From assembly GCA_015680685.1 (NCBI GenBank), contig MNCI01002495.1:62001-126000 (forward strand): DNA of 64,000 nucleotides, read 5' to 3'. Position numbers and translations under genes: made by a program. Under the pieces are notes generated by a model. The model was not told the DNA's origin and ran no database searches. It saw nothing but the letters and a program-made list of their open reading frames with translations. Shown here piece after piece: positions 24,888 through 37,449 of the stretch. Each line of letters opens with the position of its first letter. The first letter of the stretch is position 1. Source of the DNA: Gnetum montanum. Lineage: Eukaryota; Plantae; Gnetophyta.

Positions 24888-25829
24888 TTGAGATTTTATC
24901 CCTTATATTTAATCAAAATAACTAATGCTTAAGTAAATCGCCTAGAGCCCTATTATATTCAAAAAAAATTTGTTGTTATTAAAAGCTAACAAGTTGCTAT
25001 TGAATACTTTCATCATGAGAGATATTAAAAAAATAATCTTTAAGTTAATAATTTTATGCCTAGTTTTAAGGATAACACTTCAAAACATTTTAGCTAAGAA
25101 TTTACCAAAATGTCTTTAAAATATCATAGTGTGAATAATAGCATTTTCTCATTATTCAATTGTTGATGCAACAATTAGCCATTTTCATGGAACAATAATT
25201 TCTATATGAATCTAGTAGTATTAAAGTAAAGCTTGATATACCCAAGGGATATATCAAATAAGGTAAATGATGGAAGATTTACTAGAATGTGAAGTAGATA
25301 ATGGCCCAAGTTATGTTACTAATTATATGGAATTAAGACCTAAAATGAAGACAAATTTTGAATAGAAGTGCACAAGAAATGCTAGAAACTTAAGACCAAT
25401 TTTATTCATTGAAGCCTCCTTGAAATAAGAGTTTTTACTAAAATAAACCCAAAGGAAAAATTCTAGAAGAGCCTTGGCAAGGATACTACTTAAATGACAA
25501 GCTTCATGATCAAAATCCTTGAGGAAAAGGGTTTTAAAGCCATTCTACTTTGATAATTACAATATTTTTTTGATTTTTAGAAACTTTGAAGAGCTAGGGT
25601 TTTAAATTTATAATTTCCATTAAGTAGAATAACTAAGCTAAGATATCAAAGATAGGACTTACACAAGTTAAACTGGAATAAACATACATTTTTTTCATCC
25701 ATCATCTAAACTTGGATTGATAGAAATGGAATCATAAAGCCTATGAATCAATTTCATTTTAATAGGCATTAGAATGAACAATCAAGCATTAAAGAAAACC
25801 CTTGCTTTAAGAAAAAGAGCTTAAAATAA

Positions 25830-27480
25830 GCATAGAAAATGGCTCTACCAAATCAAACCTATAAGAGTTTCATAGAGCTAAAGGATAGCTCTACAAAGAG
25901 TGCTTCGTTTGGTTCTCTCATGTCAACTTATTCTTATGGGAAAATCCATAGAATGAGGAAGCTACTTTACAAATTGGTATTATGGCCACATCAATAGATC
26001 ATATGAAGATAAGCTCAAATTTTGGATTTAGTTCCACCTCTATCTTTTCCAAGATGGCTCTTTTTTAAAGGAAGCATTTGTAGGATTGTAAAATGGCTTT
26101 TCTAGCTATTACGCTTTGACTCATAAAGTCAAAGATGGGTTCTATAGGATTGTTCTATGAGCTCTATCATCTTGTAAAGGAGGCTCGTAGAACCAAAAAT
26201 TAGCTCTACAAAGAAATTCTACTTGAAGAAGTGCCACAACACCCAAGCATGAGAAGGAATAAAAAGTTTACCTTATTCGTAAATCTCATATGACACATGG
26301 ATTTTTATTATTTTTAGCTATATAAGAAAATCTTAATATAGTTCTACTACCCACATCATCACTCCACCATGTTAGCTCGTACATGAAGCTTGTAGAACCA
26401 AAACATGGTTCTATAAAGAAGCTCTATGAACCACATCATTTCTCCACCGCATCAGCATTTAGAATTAGTGGAAATCTCCATCTAGATGAAAAATCATCAT
26501 CTAGATAACATGAGCTCATTTAAGCTAGAAAATGATAGGAGTGTGTTTGTATATAGATGGTAAAACCCCATCTAAATGCTTCACCTAATACATCAGTAAT
26601 GCTACATTACCCTATGTCATGTTAGCAAATACATGAAGCTCATTTTCTCATCTAAAGAAACACTCTTATCTACCATGTCAACATTCAGCATGTTAGCAAA
26701 TAGATGAATCTCATTTTCTCATCTAGAGCAAACATGCTTCATCTACCATGTCAATAAATAAATGAAGCTTGTTTTCTCATCTAGAGTAAACATGCTTCAT
26801 CTACCATGTTAGCATTTGAATTAAGTGAAAATTTAAGGTAGGAGAATTTTCATCTAGATGGTGAAACCTCATCTAAAAGCTTCATCTAACATGTGAGCAT
26901 TAGGAAGTAAAAGTTAGAGCATTCTTTATAGGGCTTAGAAATAGCTCTATCACATAAACTCCTAAGTTACTAGTGAATAAGTTTTGTAGAATTACAAAAT
27001 GGCTCTATGAAATAACTCTACCACATTAGCTTCATCAATTTGTAAAGGGAGTTCATAGATCTCAAAAGTGATTAGAAGAATGAAATGAACAAGCTTTGCC
27101 ACATAATCTCTAAAGTTAGCTTATGTTTGTAAATGTAAAATATGGTTCTACACCGAAGCTCTACAAGCCACATCATTACTTTACTAAGTCAACTTGTAAA
27201 GGAAGCTTGTAGAACCAAAAAATGATTTTGCAAAATGGTTCTATGAGACACATCAACATAGAAATGGATCTACCACATCTTCTTTCACCATGTTAGTTTG
27301 CTCATAGATCTAGTTTGTAAAATTAAATTTTTGTTCTATGAGCATGCTCTACCATGTCAGTAGTACCACATCAGCTCGTAGATGAAGTTCATAGAACCAA
27401 ATTTTCATTCTATAAGAAATCTTTGCAAGCTCAACACCTGCTATGTTGTCAATGCCATGTCAAGCTCTTCCACATCAATA
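25830..27480. repeat. Degenerate tandem/motif array (ctctaccatgtcagc, gtagaaccaaaa, gctctac), left part
   Basis: Motifs recur many times. A sub-array of three ~60-70 bp units (tttctcatctagagcaaacatgcttcatctaccatgt) lies at ~26630-26815. The same array resumes at 47719. Confidence 0.7.
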
Positions 27481-27492
27481 TTCCCCTAGCAG

Positions 27493-27976
27493 CAATTTTT
27501 GGGGGAGTTAATACGTAGGAGAACCCATGTCAAGTTAAAATCCAATTCTTAATTTTTCTTTCATAATTATTAAACTAAATATTTTTTGAGCCTTGTGAAA
27601 ACTAAAGACAATTAAGGTTCATAGGTAGGCTATTAAGGTTGCTACACCGTTGAAGCAGCAAGGTAGACAAAGTAAATGATACCTCCCTTATGATCTTCAA
27701 AATTCATGTTTTTCCTTTATGATTTCAATTGATTTCATCATTAACTTTAAATCTTGAACTTAAGATTAGAAGTTAGTAATATGATTCATGATTTTGCTTA
27801 TGAGTGACAATCTTAAGTATGGGATTTGATTGGATTTAATCCTAATTATTTTATGTCTTGATGATTTCTTTAACTTTGGACCGTTCCTCCATGGATACAA
27901 CTCAAGGATTAGTCATAGATGAGGTAACATTGCTACAATGAATGTATCCTAGCCCCAAATTTTAGTAGGCTCATCA
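27493..27976 (+). repeat. Truncated 5' LTR of the Athila element
   Basis: Aligns by eye to 47232-47718; ends gctcatCA. Confidence 0.85.
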
Positions 27977-27979
27977 AAT

Positions 27980-27997
27980 TAATGTTGTTGCTAGGGA
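27980..27997 (+). promoter_or_regulatory. Decayed tRNA-Asp PBS
   Basis: taatgttgttgctaggga differs from TGGCGCCGTTGCCGGGGA only by C>T/G>A transitions. Confidence 0.7.
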
Positions 27998-28499
27998 GGC
28001 CAAAAAAGTTAATCATCATCAAAGATTCAGTATTTTTTTTAGATTTCTTTTCAAAATTTAAGTTGAATCCTCTAAAAATATATAGATTTTTTTTCTCTCT
28101 TTCATTTCATTTCAGTCTCTTTTGTTTGGTAGTATTAGAAATGATCTATTTTAATTATTTTGTTTGTAAGACAAAAAACAAAAATACTAAAAACAAGGAA
28201 AAAGTACAATCACAAGAATCAATTTCCTTAATTTCTAAAACTAAGGAAAGTTATAAAAAGGTTGCAATTAAGGTAGTAATTACAAGAGAAATTAAGGTAA
28301 TTTGCAAATTTTTAGGATTAATTTCCCATGAATGTGCTAAGAGTGTGCTTGTTAAATTAGATCAAATAAGCAACACAAAAATCCAAAACAAATTCAAACT
28401 TCTAGGAATACTACCAATTATTATAAATGTATTTGAAATGATTTAAAGAAACCTTCAGAGAAACAAGAATAGCCTAGTTCTACAAGACAAATTCCTATT

Positions 28500-29359
28500 T
28501 GATGAATGGCTAGGTACCCCTACACTCAACCATATGAATACGAGCATTCATGCATTATTCGGTCAAACTCTGCAGATGGGCTAGTTGTGGTATCTAGATA
28601 GTTACACATTGATCGTAGTTCACATTCTTCCCACCTGGACTAGTATTTGCTTTGTCACGTATGGTTTAGTCCAGAGTGAGGTGTATGATGTGGTCCCAAG
28701 CTAGTGCTACTCCTAGAGGCAATGGAAAGTAACTTTGATTAAGCTAAGAGGGAATGGAAGAAGAGAATATAAGCTAGCCTAAGTGCAATGAGCATCCATC
28801 CATAATCATCCGTACACATCTTGGACCTCGTGTACTACTATTGGGATTACCAAGCGTATGTCCTAGGTATGCTACTAGGATACCAAGTAGTCACACTTAA
28901 AAGCTCGTTATTAAGTCGTACTCATTTCGTGTTTAATAACAGGGATAGGAAATGAAGGTAGAGAAATATTAATTAAGAAAGAAATAAATAACAATAATAG
29001 TAAGCAATTAATACTAAGTGAATGCTACAATGATGAAGTAATCTCAATCTTTATTGCCAATCATGTGTGTGTCCAAGTACATCACACTTAAATAAAGGTT
29101 CCATACAATTATAATCATCACACTATAGGCATGCAGTGGGGAAAGGTTTGAGATGAACTAAAAAATGGCAAAAGGACTCTACTCTAACACTAACTGACTC
29201 CCTTTTCTTGTGTGCCCAAATGTGGTATTTATAGGCTTACACAGGAACCACAATATTGTATATCTAATATCATTAGCCAAGCCATAATATCACATACCCA
29301 ATATCGTGGGTCTGATATCATAGGTTCGATATTTTAGCTTAAGAAATCATGGTTCATCA
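28500..29359 (-). repeat. 3' LTR of copy B
   Basis: Direct repeat of 36460-37304; TG...CA termini. Confidence 0.93.
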
Positions 29360-29539
29360 TACCCCCACGACTGAATGAAAACTCATCCTCGAGTCGAAAA
29401 AAATGAGAACAAGCCTAATTGATTACATAGTGGATAGGTATGGGATTATTGACTGACTAGAAATTTATTCATTCCATAGTGGGGAATTGAATATGAAAAA
29501 ATTTGGACACAAACACAAAATTACATAATTTATTAGAAC

Positions 29540-32326
29540 TCATTTGGTTCATGGTGGTAGTGGTTCCTCCATGGGTCTCTTCCCTTTGTCTTGTGCTCTA
29601 GGCTTTGGAAGTTGATGACTCTAAAGGAGTGCCTGAAGCTTTGCCTATTTGGTTCAGGGTTCCTATGCTATCCATGTTAATGCTCCAATGTTTTATGGAG
29701 TCGGCACCTCCCATGGACACGACAATTGCGAGAACATCTAGTTGGCCTTGACATACCAAGCCTCAAATAGTCGTCATTCCTCTTCATAGGCTCTAACTTT
29801 GTCTTGTATTCTTGGTAATCTATAAGCCATCGAGCCAAGTCTACTGCAACATCCTTTTGTCCTTGGTATCTAGCCTTGACCACCTCAAATTCAAAATTTT
29901 CCACTTCTAGTTTCTGTAGCATCTTCTTGTGCTCAACAAATTCTATTTCATATTTTGCATAGGTGGTAGCTACCTACTTCTCTAGCTCTATTCTCGGGCA
30001 TCCTACTATTAACATGGCTAAGTTGGCATACCACAGGTTTGTCAATTCCATGTACTCCATAAGATCTTGTATTTGCAGGTCTCAACTTTTGAGCTCTGCT
30101 TGGTGGGCAAATGCATAGGTATCCAATATGGCCCACCAGTCAGTTTTTGAGCACTGAGAGTCTTGATATGGGTCTTGGCCATATGGATTTCTTTTTCAAC
30201 ACTTACTTGTATATCCCCACCTAGTCTCTAAAGTGTTCCTTCAGCTTTTCATGTCACTTGGCCTCATTTTTCCACATGCTTATTTCAATTATCGTCTTTT
30301 GACGGATTACATGCACCTCCTCCATTGAAAGGGTTCTATTTTCTCTAGCCAAGTGATTTATGTCCTAGTTAACTCTAACTAATTGTTCTCACAACTATTG
30401 AAAATTTTCTTTGAGAAACTTATTTTTTTTCCATAGTGGTCAATCAAAGATTTTCTACGACAAGTTTTTTATTCTCCTCTTGCAAGGCCTTGAGTGCTTT
30501 GGCATGCGCATATGTCTATTCTTGTGCCTTCAAAGTATCCCAATCAACCTTCTCTTTTTCCTTTGCCACTTTCTTATGTTTTGCCAACAATTTAGTAATT
30601 TTCTCTATCCTGAAAGACTCTAGCTGGTATACGAGGATAAATTGAGATGGGTCCCCCTGTGCTGCTTGCAGGGTGACGAGCTTCTCTTGGAGTCTTTCCA
30701 ACTCTGTTTCTACATTCTCGACCCTGATCTCTACCATGACTAGCTTCCCTTTGGTGGAGATGAGGTCTGATTGAGTTGCTGTGCCATCTTGATGGATGTC
30801 AAACAAGGACATCATCACTTATCCTGTCTACAGCAACTGATCGAGAACATCCTCATACTCTGCAAAAGTCATTGAGAGGCTGGTCAAAGTTTGAGCATTG
30901 TGTGCTCTCCTAATGTTTGCTAGTGGCACAATAGGAACATTGAACGATTCATTTCTGTGATCTATGACCACTTCTATGGCTCCTGCTACATCTTAGTGCT
31001 ACATGACCACTATTGTGGCCCCTTCACCAGTTTCTAATTGCACCTAGAAAGATGCATCATTCCCTGAGAGCTATTGTTACTAGTGCATTTCCCCTCCTCA
31101 TGTTTAGATTGACACCTTACCCCATGCATGATTAATGGAGACCCTGGGTTGTATAGTATCATTGATGACCCGAAAGACATTGGCGTCATCACGACTTCCC
31201 CAATTCACCATCTTAGCGATGGCCCTGAGATGGCTCATCGATGGTCGATAATCCTACGGTGGTGGTGGTGGTTAGTCTTGCTAGCATGTGCTGGGCCCTA
31301 CTTCTTGTTGTTGAATGGGCCTTATGCTTGGAAGTTGGCTAGGCCCTACAGTTTGAGTTATAGTGGGCCCCACTGTCTTTTCTTGTTCTGGCTCCAATGT
31401 CTCACCAGCACTTTTCCTTAGGGCTGGTAGCTTTAGCAATTTAGTAAACAAAGCATTTTGAGCTCTTCTAGGAACATCATTGGTGTACCCCAGAGTTCCA
31501 GCATGCCAACATAACTTCCTGATGAGATAGGGAAAGGGCAATGCAAACTTCCCTATCTTGTGTTCATCAAACCACCTTAGAATCTCTGTGAGATACAAAT
31601 GGGGTAGGTTAGCATTAACCTTGCCCATCAATATAGCACTTCCTATGGACACATACGTGGAGATTCTGTTCAATCCTTTTGTGGAGAAGATGTGATAAGT
31701 ATCAATCTTGAAATAGATCCTCTCCTCCAAGGTCAAATCTTCATACACCTTGTCTTCCTTGTTGTATGCCCTTTTCAACCAAATTTTTTGCACATCAACA
31801 TTGGAGTGAGTGGGTAGATGAGTACATTTTGGCCTTGTATTCAGAAGATTTAACACTTTTGAAATGGCTTTGGCAGAGAAATCTACAGAAACACCACCAA
31901 TATCAACTATGGTTCCTTCTTCTCTATTGTGCAAACATTGGCATGTCTCTCCCAAGTACCAAGCACCACTTTCAGAGAGGATAGGCCATAATGGGGATCC
32001 TTTAAGTTTGTCCCTAACTGCTTCAGGAGTGAACTCAATGAAAGGTCCAAAGTTGAGTTCCACAATCATGGCTACTGATGTGGTCCTTTCATGGATTGCC
32101 TAAACACATTCTGGGGATAACGTGAGATGTTGTCCCTGTTCAGGTGCTTCAGTGGCTTCTCTTTCAGCCTGTCCTAATTGCACAGTAACAAGAGGCTCTA
32201 ATGGATGTTGAATAATTGTGCCTCCTGTTCTATATGTTCCTTGATAGACACCTGGCCTTTGCCTCTCCTTGATCATTTGGATGCACCTTAAGAGCGTCCG
32301 CCTTGTTGTCCACATTTAGGGGCCAT
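29540..32326 (-). pseudogene. Extra (env-like) ORF of copy B: ATHILA-ORF/Transposase_32-like domain, coiled coil and conserved C-terminal domain
   Basis: Starts MAPK directly after acceptor tgtgattgtAG. ORF 31281-32069 has 'VDIGGVSVDFSAKAISKVLNL' and 'LPFPYLIRKLCWHAG'. Coiled-coil fragments at 30516-30818 and 29677-29922. Frameshifted. Confidence 0.8.
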
Positions 32327-34406
32327 CTACAATCACACAGGACTGACTATTAGTAAGGTTATTTACAAAATTTGACGCATACCTTTAATGAATTCATTTT
32401 TTGCTTCGTGTGCTCTAGAGTTAGGAAATTTTATGAATAAGTCCCCTAAAAGTTTTGATATTAGGCCCAATTTAATTAGGTGGCTCCAAAAATTAATTCT
32501 CATGGTATGAGTGAAGAGAGAAAGTTGATTTGGCAACATGTTTAACAGTTCTATGGTCATTTACCCTTTATGATATCCTTCGGGCAATGATAAATTTTGG
32601 AAAAAATATGCACAAATTGGAGCGTACCCTTCCCCCATGACTAAGCTGAACACTCTAGGTTCAAATAGGTTCAATCAAAATGGAAATCAGAGCATTAATG
32701 AGCAAGTTATGGATGTTTGAATGATAGGTGTGCAAGCTAGCAAGTTCATGGAAGAAAATTTGAACAACTCCCCTTGCATGAATAGTGTAAAATGATGTTG
32801 ACGTGCATGGGGGATCCATATATATAATTTTTATGAACATGATATCGCACACCTGATAGCGTGAACCTAATATCGAGTACCCGATATTGAGGCCTATTGA
32901 AAATAGGGTACTTAGTAAAATTAATAAATTTCTAAATTTCCAAGGCCAAAAATGAAGGATTTAGGGTAATTGAAAAGGTCCAGGGTAACATTGAATAGAC
33001 TGGGATGCACAAAAAGTATAATGGGGTAGAATCTAATAATGAAATTCATGAATAGAATGAGGAAAAAGGACATGTTATGGTGCATAGTAATGTTGGAATT
33101 AAAAGGATGATAAATGAAAGAATATATTTGGCAATGCAGTGCTCGGAGGGTATAAAATGATGTGATGATGATGTGCAACGAGTGTAAATTACAAAGGTTA
33201 TGCAGGTTCTAACCTATAATGCCCTTGCATAACCACACTTGAAAGTGTGTGTAGGCACTAAAAGGGGTAAATGTAATCCACACCAGTCCCACAAACACAC
33301 ACATGTAGATATTATCGTGATGAGATATGAATTCAATGCTACACAAGACACATGTCACAAATACATGAATAGGAAGATGGGATGAATCGTAGAAGGGATT
33401 GCAAAGATTGGGACATGAGGTAACTGACCTAGGGCATAATCAATCCTGAGTGTTGGGCATGATTAATGTGTCATTAGCCCATCACTCCAAAATTAATACT
33501 AAGTCCATTCCTCCAATCAGTGACATTGCATTGTTTCATCCCATGATGGAAAACCATAAGAGTACCATGACAACAAGGCATATGATCACTTGGCATTTCA
33601 TTCAAGGGGGGAGTGATTTGGAATTTCTTTGCGATACTTTTGTCTTGATCTTTTTCTTTTTTTTCTTTGTTGTTGTTGCTTTTTTTTTTTGAATTCTTAA
33701 TCCAGAGAAGCCACCTACCTTCAAGCATGGGTGCATGCCTTTCTAGTGGGACCCCCTAGAATAGCATTGGGTTTCTTTTATTGAGTGCCTTTATTACTCT
33801 TAATCCCATTTTTTTTAGATCTACAAGAATCTTAGTACAACCAGGCTACATGATAACTCCTACAGATGTCACCAAAGAGAATCCACAAGTCCCCTTGATG
33901 TTACACTCTAGCCATTCCCTCCTAGTCCATCATTTTTTGCTCTAGGCATAATGAGCACAAAATAACTTTTAAGTTTTCATGATGACAATAATATCATTGT
34001 ACCCAGTGTAGAACCTCTTATTAATAGAATGGTTGGGTGGATGTGGTGGGCTCGTTGTCCAAATAATAAGCTGCCCAAGACTTGATAGCATAGAACAACA
34101 CCTCAACCAATAAGTCACATGAGTCTTTTATTTGTAGATGAAATTACCCATAAAAAGATAAAAAGATAAAATAATAAATAAAAAGATGAAACAACCAATA
34201 GAAAGATAAAACAACAAATTGAAAGATGAAAAACTGAAAAATAAAAAATTGTAAAATTAAAGAAAAGGGAAAAAAATTATTAATTCTATTTGTTAGAATG
34301 GGGGATATCCCCCATAACTAAACTTTTGATCATAGCGAGAATTAATAAATGGAAGGGTTGGATCCACACATTTCAAAAATATTGGGACCTAGTCATAGCC
34401 AAACCA

Positions 34407-36137
34407 CTAGGTGTCTTTTGATGTGGTGGTTGGAATGTACCCAAATTGGGGTGCACATACTATATTAAAGTTGACATAGTGGGGCAAGTTAGAAGATGAG
34501 TTTAATTGATACAGAGTTGACCCACTATGGCACCCTTGATCGTAAGATGGTATGTGAGGATCGATATGTCTCCCTATGTGGCTATATTCATTAGGCCGCA
34601 CGATTGTTGGAGTATTGATCGGTGACCCTGAAAAGATAACATGAGGCATTGGGTTCGAGGAGAAAGATGCACCACAGTGTTCAACTTGTGTTGAGTGAGA
34701 GGATGCAGTGATCTCAAAACTATGTTATCCCTTTCTACAGTCATGTCTAAAGAAGGGACACCTTCGATGTTGTGGAGGATTCTCACTACGGTTGAAAATA
34801 GCAACACAAGTAACATTTGTGGATTGGTGTTGTGGTGCAAAACCTTCTGGTACTATTGGTGGCAATGTAGAAGGAGGTGAAGGATGAGAATATTGAGAGT
34901 AAGGAGAAGTATAAGGAACATGAGGTAGTGATCTTGTTGGAAAGGACACAGGCTGATAGTACTTAGAAGAATAATAACAGTGTGATGAGATAGAGGATGT
35001 TGACCTGGTTGGGGAAATAGGATGTTGAACTTAATAAGTGCTTGGGTTCAGATGATATGAAGGGTGTGACCAGTTTGGGGGTGGCCTCCCCCACAACTAG
35101 GATTTTTGCCACTATGATTGAACACAGTATTTTTGTATGAACTCTAGATGTAACATTCTTTTCCAATGCTCATGTAAATGTGACAAGATTGGGCATTGAC
35201 CTTTGGGGTGATCATACAGGAAAATGTTACATTGATACGTATGATTATTAGTTGAGTTCTTATTCTCTTCAACCCTTCTTTATTATTGTCTAAGGATGTT
35301 CTATCCTACTTCTTGGTTCATCATGGTTCTACCTCTAATAGTGTTGGCATATTCTCTACATTTTTCATGTATCCATTTCGTCATCTTATTGATCTTTGCC
35401 TCAATTTTATCTAGTGATTGTAGTATTGGAAAAGATGATTCCACCTTCTTGAGGTGAGTTGATTTCTCCTCTTCATGATCATGGACCTTTGCTAATTCAA
35501 GATTTTGGTCCTGTTGAGAGCTTTCAACATTCTCCCATCTAGCTAACTCTCCTTCTTTTGCTACCAACTTAATAAGCTCTTGGAGTTGGTGGGTTCATAG
35601 CTCATATAGTTAACCTTGGGCATGCATCCCTAGGGTCTCCCTAGTTTCATTACAAATCCCATCCATGATGTGATACATTAGCCTTTCCTCAGAGAATCCA
35701 TGGCCTGGACAGTTGTTTAACAATGCCAAATATCTTTCTAAGGCCATGTCCAAGGGTTCATGTTGTGCTTGTTTCCATTCTTGGATTTGTTTCCTCAAGG
35801 CTAACACTCTTGCATAGGTTTGATATCTTTCATTGAAGAGTTCTACCATTATCAACCAACATCGAATTGATTTTGGTTGTAAGGACATGTACCATACGTT
35901 TGCTTGGCCAATGACTGTCATAGGAAAGAGCTTAAGTTTTTGCCACCCATTATCAATATTATTCCATACACAGGCATCATGGAAGGCTTGTAAATGATGA
36001 TGCAGATCTAGATCATAGCCTCCTGAAAATTTGAAAAAGTTGTTTAAATCAAGCCTGGGTAGACGGCTTTCCTTATGATGCTTGTAGGATATTCGAACAG
36101 CCTCTTGTATATGCGTTAGGCTCTTAATGGCAAGCAT
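34407..36137 (-). pseudogene. Gag plus C-terminal extension (ORF1) of copy B
   Basis: ORF 35610-36137 has a Retrotrans_gag-type core (KLKLFPMT..A..WY.SL...SI..W...F..RY). Downstream ORFs 35301-35567, 34725-34949 and 34407-34649 match copy A; ends TTSKDT*. Confidence 0.8.
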
Positions 36138-36440
36138 GGGTTCATTGTCACTAGGTAGGTTATGAATTTGTGATTTGGGATGATGTTGTCTTCATTTATG
36201 TACATAGGAGACCCTTGCATAGGATTGATTACTCCAAACTTCATCTTCATCATCATATAATTCATTGGTTTTCCAATGAATTACATTACTAGTTGTTGCA
36301 TTGTCATAGTATTGTGAGAGAGACATTATTGTGAATCATGTATGACTTAGTTAAAATTAATTTATTTTCTAAAAGATATATCGTGAATACTTTGTTATAG
36401 CGATCTTGTATGATATAACTAATTTAGATAACTAGCACCT

Positions 36441-36458
36441 TCCCCAGAAATGGCACCA
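36441..36458 (-). promoter_or_regulatory. tRNA-Asp-type PBS of copy B
   Basis: Reverse complement reads tggtgccatttctgggga, adjacent to the 5' LTR. Confidence 0.85.
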
Positions 36459-36459
36459 A

Positions 36460-37304
36460 TGATGAGTGGCTAGGTACCCCTACACTCAACCATAGGAATA
36501 TGAGCATTCATGCATGATCTGGTCAAACTCTATAGATGGGCTAGTTGTGGTATCTAGATAGTTACACGTTGATCGTAGTTTTCTATCTTCCCACATGGTC
36601 TAGTATTTGCTTTGTCATGTATGGTTTAGTCCAAAGTGAGGTGTATGATGTGGTCCTAAGCTAGTGCTACTCTTAAAGGCAATGGAAAATAACTTTGATT
36701 AAGCTAAGAGGAATGGGAGAAGAGAATCTAAGCTAGCCTAAGTGTGATGAGCATCTGTCCTTAATCATCCATACACATCTTGGACCTCATGTACTACTGT
36801 TGGGATTACCAAGCACATGTCCTAGGTACGCTACTGGGATATCAAGTAGTCACATTTAAATGCTCGTGATTAAGTCGTACTCATTCTACATTTAATAACA
36901 GGGATAGGAAATGAAGGTAGAGAATTATTAATTAAGAAAGCAATAAATAACAATAACAATAAGTAATTAAAACTAAGTGAATGCTACAATGATGAAGTGA
37001 TCTTGATCTTTATTGCCGGTCATGTGCGTGTCCAAGTACATCACACTCAAATAAGGTTCCGTACAATTACAATCATCACACTGTGGGCATGCACTAGATG
37101 AACTAAAAAATGACAAAAAGACTCTACTCTAACACTAACTGACTCCCTTTTCCTGTGTGCCTAAATGTGGTATTTATAGGCTTACATAGGAACCATGATA
37201 TTGCGTATTCGATATCATCAGCCAGGTTGTGATATCACATACCCGATATCATGGGTCCAATATCACGGGTCCGATATCGGAGCCTGACAAATCATGGTTC
37301 ATCA
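36460..37304 (-). repeat. 5' LTR of copy B
   Basis: Direct repeat of 28500-29359, flanked by PBS and TSD. Confidence 0.93.
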
Positions 37305-37449
37305 CTATTCCATCAACCTCCCTTAAGAAATAAAGAATTTTAACCAAAAATAAAGAAGGACACCCAACTGAAAATTTCAATCAAGAAAAATCAAAAACAA
37401 AATATCCATTTTCCACATCTTTTAATCCTCTCTTTGATATACTAAATAT

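Larger units (their letters stand above)
23640..25240 (-). mobile_element. Degenerate L1/Tx1-clade LINE ORF2 remnant
   Basis: Minus strand gives 'MANGK*LG' (GKSPG-like), 'IPK...ITNW..ITLLNFSYKLIAKAL' and 'LLKLDYTKAFDRMD'. Boundaries approximate. Confidence 0.8.
28500..37304 (-). mobile_element. Non-autonomous (pol-less) Athila-derived LTR retrotransposon, copy B
   Basis: LTRs 28500-29359 and 36460-37304, TSD CTATT (28495-28499 / 37305-37309), PBS 36441-36458, PPT gtgggggta next to 29359, gag and extra ORF, no pol motifs. Confidence 0.93.

Noticed and set aside
26630-26815. CRISPR-like repeated units
   Set aside because: Degenerate tandem units without unique spacers, no cas genes, eukaryotic TE context.
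27481-27496. Inverted PBS-like tcccctagcagcaa at the 5' LTR truncation point
   Set aside because: Short, lacks the CCA end; may be chance.
27982-28446. 154-aa ORF
   Set aside because: Low-complexity AT-rich Athila 5' leader starting inside the PBS; no domain.
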